Source: an uncultured Lentimicrobiaceae bacterium (GTDB lineage Bacteria; Bacteroidota; Bacteroidia; Bacteroidales; WCHB1-69). From it: 31,806 nt of DNA. This document shows, piece by piece, positions 10,110 to 17,442 of this stretch; within the stretch, counting starts at the first letter, position 1; each line of letters starts with the position of its first letter. The position numbers and the translations under genes were made by a program. The stretch covers positions 1 to 31,806 of the forward strand of contig CAYYHC010000002.1 in the NCBI GenBank assembly GCA_964471715.1, written 5' to 3'. The notes under the pieces were generated by a model that was not told the DNA's origin, did no database searches, and saw nothing but the letters and a program-made list of their open reading frames with translations.

Positions 10110-10198
10110 GCCATAGTAACAGTCCGTAACTCATATGAGTTCGATTTATCAACAAAGGATATACAATAATAGAATTTCAGTACAAAATTGAGGATAAT

Positions 10199-10654
10199 AT
10201 GAAAGAAATTAAGAATTTATCTGAAGGCAATTTTCATACAGCTATTGATTTGGGGTTGTTTAGCGAATTATTCGATTATTCGCTGATTCACCCAGTGAGT
10301 AAACGTGAAATTGAAGGTAAGGTTTTTCTAAAAAATGCAACGAAATCAACTGGTACAGAGATATCATTTAATTCCATTCCGCCTAAAACAGAGGTTCCTT
10401 ATTTTCATATACATCGAAAGAATGAGGAAACATATATAATTCTTCAAGGATCCGGATACTTTCAAGTAGATGAGAATTGTTTCAAGATCAAACAGGGAAG
10501 CATTATTAGAGTTTCTCCAGCTGGCAAACGTGGATTGGTAAATACCTCAGATGAGCAGATGATTTATTTAGTAATTCAATCGAAAGAAAATTCACTGGAA
10601 GAATATACCACAGCTGATGGTGAGATGCTTCCTGTTGATCCTAAATGGAGATAA
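10199..10654 (+). CDS. Cupin-domain protein
   Basis: PYFHIHRKNEETYIILQGSGYFQVD (cupin motif 1) and IRVSPAGKRG (motif 2). Confidence 0.85.
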   Translation: MKEIKNLSEGNFHTAIDLGLFSELFDYSLIHPVSKREIEGKVFLKNATKSTGTEISFNSIPPKTEVPYFHIHRKNEETYIILQGSGYFQVDENCFKIKQGSIIRVSPAGKRGLVNTSDEQMIYLVIQSKENSLEEYTTADGEMLPVDPKWR

Positions 10655-10666
10655 ACAAACTACGGC

Positions 10667-10749
10667 AGCAAACACAGCCTAAGCTACAGCATTCACTCAG
10701 TCGAATATGTACCTTCGATTTCGGCCGTTGGCCTAGATACCCGTTATGT
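10667..10749 (+). repeat. attC-like recombination site
   Basis: agcaAAC-acagc-ctaagct...ggcctag-ataccc-GTTatgt, 83 bp. Confidence 0.8.
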
Positions 10750-10770
10750 GGCATTTTAAAATAAAGAAAA

Positions 10771-11526
10771 ATGGCATTCTTTACATTTGAAAACAAGAAA
10801 GTTTATTATAAAGAGATTGGGACAGGAGAGCCGATATTACTTTTAGCCGGAAATACAGCTTCTTCAAAGATGTTTAAATCTATAATTGGAAAATACTCTA
10901 AAGATTTCAAAGTGATTCTGATTGATTTTCCAGGTCATGGAAAATCTGAAAGACTTGAAAAATTTGAAATTGATTTTTGGCATTATAACTCAAGAGTATG
11001 TTATCAGTTGATTGAATTTTTAAAACTTGATAAAATATCAATTATTGGAACAAGTGGAGGTGCATTAGTTGCAATTAATTTAGGGTTAGAAAATCCGGAA
11101 AGGATTAATTATTTAATTGCAGATAGTTTTGAAGGTGAATATCCCTTAGATTCTTATATAGACTCATTAGAAAGTGATAGAGAAAAAGCTAAAAAGAACA
11201 TATTTGCAAAATTATTTTGGTTTTATAATCATGGTTTTGATTGGAAAAAAGTAGTTGATTTGGATACAGAGATGCTGGTTAATTTCTCCAGGCAAGGTAA
11301 GTCATTCTTTCATAAGTCAATTTCTGAATTAACAGTTCCTACTTTATTGTCAGGTAGTAAAGTTGATGAGTATTGCGATTCATTGGATAAAATATATGAA
11401 GCATTGAAATTTAAAAATAATAAACTAGAAATTCATATGTTTGAGAAAGGGAAACATCCAGCAATGCTAACCAATAAGAATGACTTTTATGAAATAGTGA
11501 AAAACAAAATAAAAAACGCAATATAA
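10771..11526 (+). CDS. Alpha/beta-fold hydrolase
   Basis: DFPGHGKS; nucleophile elbow GTSGG; C-terminal GKHP. Confidence 0.85.
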   Translation: MAFFTFENKKVYYKEIGTGEPILLLAGNTASSKMFKSIIGKYSKDFKVILIDFPGHGKSERLEKFEIDFWHYNSRVCYQLIEFLKLDKISIIGTSGGALVAINLGLENPERINYLIADSFEGEYPLDSYIDSLESDREKAKKNIFAKLFWFYNHGFDWKKVVDLDTEMLVNFSRQGKSFFHKSISELTVPTLLSGSKVDEYCDSLDKIYEALKFKNNKLEIHMFEKGKHPAMLTNKNDFYEIVKNKIKNAI

Positions 11527-11567
11527 TTGAAAAGAATTATAAAAAATCTAATAAATAACAAAACCAC

Positions 11568-12146
11568 ATGAAAACACGTGAACTTTATTCTATTGTTTTA
11601 AAGATTATTGGCTTGATATCGTTGTGGCATTTAGTAACCATTTTATTTCCTATATTATTCTCTGGCGTTTTTTTATCTAAAATGTTATTTTCAGCCGTTA
11701 ATTTAGTACCTGTTAGCTATCTGTCAGCATCATTATTTGTCATGATTCTTCAGTTGGCATTGGTGTTAGTTATCTCGATTTATTGTTTGTTTCGTACTGA
11801 AACTCTGCTCAAGGTCTTAAAGTTGAATGATGATTCAACGTTGGAGATATTGTCAGAGAGAAAAGTACTATATCATTTACTTGTATTGTCATTTGGCGTG
11901 TTCTTGTTTGCCGATGGTTTAAACAGTTTTTATACGATAAATACAAAAACAGACACAATAAGTGATATGTCAAAAGCGATGTATACAGTAAATAACACTC
12001 TAAGTATTGTACAAATGACAGAATCAAAGAATTACAGTCTTAATTATTTTGCATTTATTGAGTTATTGATAGGACTAATTCTGTTGATTAAATCTAGAGC
12101 TGTTACAAAATGGATTCTTTGTAGGGTTGATTCGTCCAGTTATTGA
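11568..12146 (+). CDS. Hypothetical membrane protein
   Basis: About four hydrophobic segments. Confidence 0.7.
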   Translation: MKTRELYSIVLKIIGLISLWHLVTILFPILFSGVFLSKMLFSAVNLVPVSYLSASLFVMILQLALVLVISIYCLFRTETLLKVLKLNDDSTLEILSERKVLYHLLVLSFGVFLFADGLNSFYTINTKTDTISDMSKAMYTVNNTLSIVQMTESKNYSLNYFAFIELLIGLILLIKSRAVTKWILCRVDSSSY

Positions 12147-12345
12147 GCAGATTAGAGATCTGTACTTCATGAATTTTGCTGAAAGAGTGACGTCAATTCA
12201 CTTAAAGATTGAGAGTGATACAAACAATATTGTCGATATAAATACCGTAAATGAAAGATTGGATTGTGTGTATAATGATTCGATTCTAGAAATTTATGTT
12301 CAAGATGAAACGTCAGTTACATCATGTTTTAGTGGGGGCAAATAA

Positions 12346-12402
12346 AAGTACATAAATGCTTTTCTTTAATAAAATCAACTGCGCCGTAGCTATAAGTTAT
12401 GC
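12346..12402 (+). repeat. Degenerate attC-like site (only the right core is convincing)
   Basis: GTTatgccg at 12396 complements cggcacAAC at 13315-13323 after the next gene (8/9); left part (gtacataaa) is degenerate. Confidence 0.5.
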
Positions 12403-12431
12403 CGCATACAATCATACCAATATAAATAGAT

Positions 12432-13307
12432 ATGCTTACAGAAAATATTGATAACCAAATCGAGTTTAATCAAGGCAAGAATATTTTTCTTGATCGATTG
12501 GATTTTTTTCAATTTGCAGAAGAAACGGTTAAGGCTATTTCAAATATTGATCAGTTAAATCCAGATTCAAAAGAAACCTTAATTGATTACACTACTGATA
12601 AAGCAATAGAAGAATTTTGTAGGATAAACCAATATTACTCGTTTGACTCAAAGGCAAAAAATGAGTTAAGAAAAATCTACTCTGATTTATTTGGGACTTT
12701 TCAGACAAAGACAGATTCGATTGAAAATATTTCTAAGAATCATTATGAAAAACTAAAAGAGTGGATTAGAGAAAGTAATCCTTTTGCTGAAAAAATTTAT
12801 AAGAATAACAACAAGAATGTTAATCCAATTGCTTGCTCAGAATATAGTCCTGATTTACAAATCAATATATTAAAGATTGATATTGAACATTTAAGGCAAC
12901 CTGTTTTAGATATAGGTTGCGGAAGTCAGGGACATTTAGTTAATTATCTCAAAAATCTAGGGGTTGAAGTTTTTGGTATTGACAGATTTAGGTTTAAAAC
13001 CTTAAATATGAAAACAGTAGATTGGTTGGAATTTGATTATGGAAAGGAAAAGTGGGGGACAATAGTAAGTAACTTAGGTTTTTCCAATCATTTCATTCAC
13101 CATAATTTGAGAGAAGATGGAAACTATATTGAATATGGAAAAACATATATGAATATTTTGAAATCATTGAAAGTTGGTGGATGTTTCCATTATGCACCAG
13201 ATTTGCCATTTATTGAAAAATATCTTGACAATAATCAGTTTGACTTAAAGAAATTCGAGATAAATGAATATGGTTTTAAAACGACGATAATAAAAAGAAT
13301 GAAATAA
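12432..13307 (+). CDS. Class I SAM-dependent methyltransferase
   Basis: VLDIGCGSQG motif I; FGID; LKSLKVGGCF. Confidence 0.8.
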   Translation: MLTENIDNQIEFNQGKNIFLDRLDFFQFAEETVKAISNIDQLNPDSKETLIDYTTDKAIEEFCRINQYYSFDSKAKNELRKIYSDLFGTFQTKTDSIENISKNHYEKLKEWIRESNPFAEKIYKNNNKNVNPIACSEYSPDLQINILKIDIEHLRQPVLDIGCGSQGHLVNYLKNLGVEVFGIDRFRFKTLNMKTVDWLEFDYGKEKWGTIVSNLGFSNHFIHHNLREDGNYIEYGKTYMNILKSLKVGGCFHYAPDLPFIEKYLDNNQFDLKKFEINEYGFKTTIIKRMK

Positions 13308-13316
13308 AGTACGACG

Positions 13317-13350
13317 GCACAACATAGTGTATAAAATATTGGGGTTAATG
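13317..13350 (+). repeat. Truncated attC-like site (left arm only)
   Basis: gcacAAC-atagtgtataaaatattgggg begins 10 nt after the stop codon; no matching right arm follows. Confidence 0.5.
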
Positions 13351-13399
13351 TATTTCAGTTGCCAACATCTACAGTGAATCTTAATTATTCAAAAGAAAT

Positions 13400-13790
13400 C
13401 TGTCCATTTTAACAAGACATATCGATATGGGATATACTTTTGATTATGTTCATGAATGGGATTTGTTAGGTAAATAGTTGACTGACCATTGGACTCGTAT
13501 ATCTAATCCATATGGATTTTATGTCCACGAAGCCAAGTCTGGTGGATATCTTAATTTGGGGACATACTTTTTTTTAGACGAACATCTCATTTGTACCCAA
13601 GTCAAGATTGGATGTTTATCCTAATCTTCGAATGAATGCTGTAAGAAGTTTAATAACTCAGGATTTATAGAGAATTTGCAAAGCAAGATTCTGGTTCATT
13701 GGTTCGTGAAGATGCTTTCAAGCAGCTTATTGATAATGTGTACATTATGAGAGAGCTATCCTTGCGCGCATTTTATAAAATTAGTTGAAG
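13400..13790 (+). pseudogene. Degraded coding remnant, possibly HEAT/leucine-rich-variant repeats
   Basis: Interrupted frames read DVYPNLRMNAVRSLITQDL* and AKQDSGSLVREDAFKQLIDNVYIMREL. Confidence 0.35.
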
Positions 13791-13916
13791 GCTATTTTTT
13801 TGAAAAACGACAATTCTATTTTACGAGAGAAAGGTTGGGTATCGTGGGAAAAACTTCCAGACGAACGTAAAGCAAAAGGAGTCGGATTTACTTATGTTAA
13901 TAAAAAATGATATACG

Positions 13917-14360
13917 ATGAGAATCAAAAAGATTATCGAAAATAAGAAACAATTTCTGGATTTATTGTTGTTGGCAGACGAGCAGGAAAATATGATTGAC
14001 AACTATTTGCCGAGTGGAGAGCTGTTTGCATTATATGACGATGATTTGAAAAGTCTCTGCGTTGTAACACCGATAAATAACGAAAGTTGTGAGTTGAAGA
14101 ATATTGCAACCTACGAGAAATATCAAGGCAAGGGCTACGGTAGAGCATTGATAAGTTTTATTTCTGATTACTACAAAAACACCTACAAAACAATGCTTGT
14201 GGGAACAGGCGAAACGCCTTCAATCTTGTCATTTTACGAAAATTGCGGATTTGAAAAGTCGCATCGGGTAAAGAATTTTTTTACAGACAATTACGATCAT
14301 CCAATGTTTGATGGCGACATCCAACTTATTGATATGATTTATCTAAAAAAGGATTTATAG
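13917..14360 (+). CDS. GNAT-family N-acetyltransferase
   Basis: [21 protein letters not shown] (motif A); FYENCGF. Confidence 0.9.
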   Translation: MRIKKIIENKKQFLDLLLLADEQENMIDNYLPSGELFALYDDDLKSLCVVTPINNESCELKNIATYEKYQGKGYGRALISFISDYYKNTYKTMLVGTGETPSILSFYENCGFEKSHRVKNFFTDNYDHPMFDGDIQLIDMIYLKKDL

Positions 14361-14386
14361 GAAAGTGGGATGGCAATAAAAACGAA

Positions 14387-14466
14387 GACTAACATTACAT
14401 AAACCCCAGCCGCAGCTACGCAGCTACGCTGCTCGCTGACGGCCGGGGTCTGGCTACTCGTTGTAA
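14387..14466 (+). repeat. attC-like recombination site
   Basis: gactAAC-attac-ataaacc...ggtctgg-ctactc-GTTgtaa, 80 bp; inner stem ccagccg/cggccgg. Confidence 0.85.
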
Positions 14467-14481
14467 CAATGAACTGTGACA

Positions 14482-15405
14482 CTAGAAACGCATAAAGAAA
14501 TCCCACGTTTCTTTGGCAATCCAGTTGACATCAGAACCGGCATCTTTGACGTTTTCCGTATGGCCACCAACGAATGAACCGAACATGACCGGATATTCTG
14601 CAGGAAGACCTTTGAATTCAGTGGTAACATGAGTCGTCTTTGTCGTGGCTAAGGGTATTTCCGGCATTTGTTTCAAGCCATTGTCTTCGATGTGTGTCAA
14701 TACACAGTACTTGCCTCCTTGCTTGCGTTCATCGGAGTTGACATACTTGCAAAGTCCATCTTCGGTACCTGTTGTGCTGAAGAAAGCCAATGGTTTGTGT
14801 TTGTTTTCAGGCAGGTAAATGTTCCAGTTGGCAGGAGCATAACACGCTACAGCACGCAGGTCGTCCTGGAATTCCAATGACAAGGAGTAGGTAAACATGG
14901 CACCAAAGCTGAAACCGCAACTGTAAATGCGGGAAACATCTATGCTCAACTTATCTTTGAACAGTTTAAGCATATCGGCAAAGAAGATGTGGTCTTTGTC
15001 ATCACGCGTACGCCAGGGAGAACCGTCGGTGTACCCCTGAGGTGCCACGAAAATGACAGGTTCATTGCTTTTTTCGGCATAGGTTTTTAACCCATAATAG
15101 TTGTTGTCAACCATTGTTTTCATGCTGCCCCCCATCATGTGCATGGTAAAAATCAAGCGGTATGATTTTTTCTTGTCGTAGTTTGCGGGGATGTCAATGG
15201 TGTATTGGCGTTCAAGTCCGGCACTGGTCATGGTATAAATACCGCTTTTGAAATCACCCAGTTCTTTGCCGTAACCGGCACTGCGAACCGGCGCATTTTT
15301 AAGATTGCGGGCAGCATTGACTGAGTTGACCGTTTGGTGGCTGGCACATCCCGTGAGCGCTAAAATTGAAACTAAAAGGAGAAAGAGTACTACTGTTTTT
15401 TTCAT
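14482..15405 (-). CDS. Secreted esterase lipoprotein (feruloyl esterase/PHB depolymerase-like alpha/beta hydrolase)
   Basis: LTGC lipobox; FTMHMMGG; VAPQG; GFSFG nucleophile; GGHT. Confidence 0.75.
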   Translation of the reverse strand: MKKTVVLFLLLVSILALTGCASHQTVNSVNAARNLKNAPVRSAGYGKELGDFKSGIYTMTSAGLERQYTIDIPANYDKKKSYRLIFTMHMMGGSMKTMVDNNYYGLKTYAEKSNEPVIFVAPQGYTDGSPWRTRDDKDHIFFADMLKLFKDKLSIDVSRIYSCGFSFGAMFTYSLSLEFQDDLRAVACYAPANWNIYLPENKHKPLAFFSTTGTEDGLCKYVNSDERKQGGKYCVLTHIEDNGLKQMPEIPLATTKTTHVTTEFKGLPAEYPVMFGSFVGGHTENVKDAGSDVNWIAKETWDFFMRF

Positions 15406-15698
15406 CGTTCATGATTTAAAAATGATTCTTTGTTTTTTCTTGTTATCTTGTATGTGTTAAACAACTGATGTTCGTTTTTACGGTTTGTCCACTATCCTTG
15501 TTTGGAATGGAAACGAGTAAAGCTGCATATGAATACCAAGCGACTTTCCTTTATTTACAGGGCGAAGATACACATATTTCTGTTTGAGTATATGTCAATA
15601 ACATTTTATATAGATGTTGCCAAGAGCCCTGTCTTTTTACGTCAATATTAATTGTTATGATTTTAAACCAATGCTTCGTTTTTGGTTTACCGAAATCC

Positions 15699-15713
15699 GG
15701 ATACCCGTTAGCA
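15699..15713 (+). repeat. attC-like right-end remnant
   Basis: gg-ataccc-GTTagca matches the family right end (compare tag-ataccc-GTT at 10734); 34 nt upstream of the WYL gene ATG. Confidence 0.5.
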
Positions 15714-15740
15714 ACAATATAACAACCACACACATAGACA

Positions 15741-16439
15741 ATGAATAGAATTGACAGGCTTACAAGCATACTTATACAACTTCAATCCAAACGACTGATA
15801 ACTGCTGGTGAAATAGCTGAACGGTTTGAAGTTACAAACAGGACAATTTACAGAGATATACAAACATTACGGCTTGCAGGTGTTCCAATTGGCGAAGAAG
15901 AAGGAAAAGGTTATTTTCTAGTGGAAGGTTATCGGTTGCCACCTGTAATGTTCACAATGGAAGAAGCGAGAGCTTTGGTAACAACTAGTAAAATTTTAAA
16001 CTACCATACCGAAGATTCTCTTAGACATAATTATGAATCTGCACTTTTGAAAATAAAAGCAGTTTTACCACTCAAAGACAAAGACAAACTGGAATTTTTA
16101 AATGCAAGAATTGGATTTCATGAACCATGGGCACCGACAAGTTTATATTTAGACAGTATCCAGCATGCAATTACCGAAAGCGTAAAACTGAAAATGGCCT
16201 ATCAGACAAGAGGAGAAGATCAACTAAAAGATCGAACCATCCATCCTTATGCTGTTTATTTCAGTGGTGCTGTTTGGACAACCATTGCCTTTTGTGAATT
16301 ACGACAAGAAATAAGAGAGTTTCGCCTTGACAGAATAAAAGAACTAATCGTGCTTCAAGCTCATTTCAAACCCGACAAGACTTTCTGTATTGAACATTAT
16401 TTAGAAGAACGTTCAAAAAGATTATTTTCAAACCCCTGA
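15741..16439 (+). CDS. YafY-family HTH-WYL transcriptional regulator
   Basis: MNRIDRL...AERFEVTNRTIYRDIQTL wHTH; GYFL; WYL-like WTTIAFCELRQEIREFRLDRI. Confidence 0.9.
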   Translation: MNRIDRLTSILIQLQSKRLITAGEIAERFEVTNRTIYRDIQTLRLAGVPIGEEEGKGYFLVEGYRLPPVMFTMEEARALVTTSKILNYHTEDSLRHNYESALLKIKAVLPLKDKDKLEFLNARIGFHEPWAPTSLYLDSIQHAITESVKLKMAYQTRGEDQLKDRTIHPYAVYFSGAVWTTIAFCELRQEIREFRLDRIKELIVLQAHFKPDKTFCIEHYLEERSKRLFSNP

Positions 16440-16452
16440 CAAAGGGCTGTCC
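16437..16452. promoter_or_regulatory. Candidate operator TGACA-N6-TGTCC
   Basis: Near-palindrome overlapping the WYL stop codon, 38 nt upstream of the hydrolase ATG. Confidence 0.4.
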
Positions 16453-16489
16453 TATGTGCCTTTTATTTTTGCTTCAAATTCAAACAAAA

Positions 16490-17380
16490 ATGAAAACAAG
16501 AGTAATTTTATTAATGGTTATTGCTTCACTTTTATCAAATGTAAGCATGGCACAGGCACAAGAAAGAATGATGGCTAAACAAGTTACTATCAGAGACAAA
16601 CAGGTTGAAATCAATTATTTTCAACAAGGGCAAGGTGACACTACACTTCTCTTTTTGCACGGCTGGAGTATTAACGGAACGTATTGGGAGAATCAAGTAG
16701 ACTATTTTTCTAAAAAATACACTGTTTTCGCAATTGACCTGCCGGGCTTTGGCAAATCAAAAGCTGCAAGAACCAACTGGACCATTGAAGAATATGCCAA
16801 TGATGTAACTGCATTTATAGACGCAATGAACCTTACTCATGTTATTATCATTGGACATTCTATGGCAGGCGAAATTATGTTACAAACTGCCTTAACCAAC
16901 AATCCCAAAATAGTTGGCATTGTAGGTGTCGACAATTTCAAGTCCATTGACGTTGTATTACCGCCGGAACAAATGAAACAAATGAACGACTTCTTTCCTC
17001 TGCTTGAAAAGGACTTTAAAAACTCAGCACCTGTTTATGCTGATCTGATGCTTTTTCACCAGACAACGTTAAAGGAAGTCAAAGACAGAGTAAAGACTGA
17101 TTTTGCGAACAGCGATCCCATCATTGGTTATGGCACAATTATTACCCAAATGCAATACTCATATAACGATGCACAAAGGCTGGAGCAGCTCAATTACAAA
17201 TTATATTTGATAAACAGTGACGGTATTCCAACAAACGAAACCGGTCTTAAAAACCATTGTAAAAATGGCTTTCAAGTGGAAACCATCTCTGCGACCGGAC
17301 ATTTTCCAATGATAGAAAAACCGTCAGAATTTAATTTAAAATTAGAAAAGGTGCTGACGAGTATTTATATATTTTTATGA
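16490..17380 (+). CDS. Exported alpha/beta hydrolase
   Basis: Signal peptide; FLHGW, DLPGFGKS, GHSMA, GHFP. Confidence 0.85.
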   Translation: MKTRVILLMVIASLLSNVSMAQAQERMMAKQVTIRDKQVEINYFQQGQGDTTLLFLHGWSINGTYWENQVDYFSKKYTVFAIDLPGFGKSKAARTNWTIEEYANDVTAFIDAMNLTHVIIIGHSMAGEIMLQTALTNNPKIVGIVGVDNFKSIDVVLPPEQMKQMNDFFPLLEKDFKNSAPVYADLMLFHQTTLKEVKDRVKTDFANSDPIIGYGTIITQMQYSYNDAQRLEQLNYKLYLINSDGIPTNETGLKNHCKNGFQVETISATGHFPMIEKPSEFNLKLEKVLTSIYIFL

Positions 17381-17442
17381 TTTATAAAATAAGAAAGAAG
17401 CATAATTAGTAGATATTTGCAATACATAAAAAAAAATTGTTG

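Larger units (their letters stand above)
73..14466 (+). mobile_element. Integron-like gene-cassette array (attC cluster; no integrase in window)
   Basis: Eight family sites plus three degenerate or partial ones between unrelated co-oriented genes; cross-gene complementarity of cassette ends. Confidence 0.85.

Noticed and set aside
906-14466. CRISPR array interpretation of the repeats
   Set aside because: The repeats are 61-87 bp, divergent and separated by whole genes, and no cas genes are present.
1992-14466. Repeats as simple terminators or REP elements
   Set aside because: There are no U-tracts, and the fixed AAC/GTT cores with cross-gene complementarity are not explained by either.
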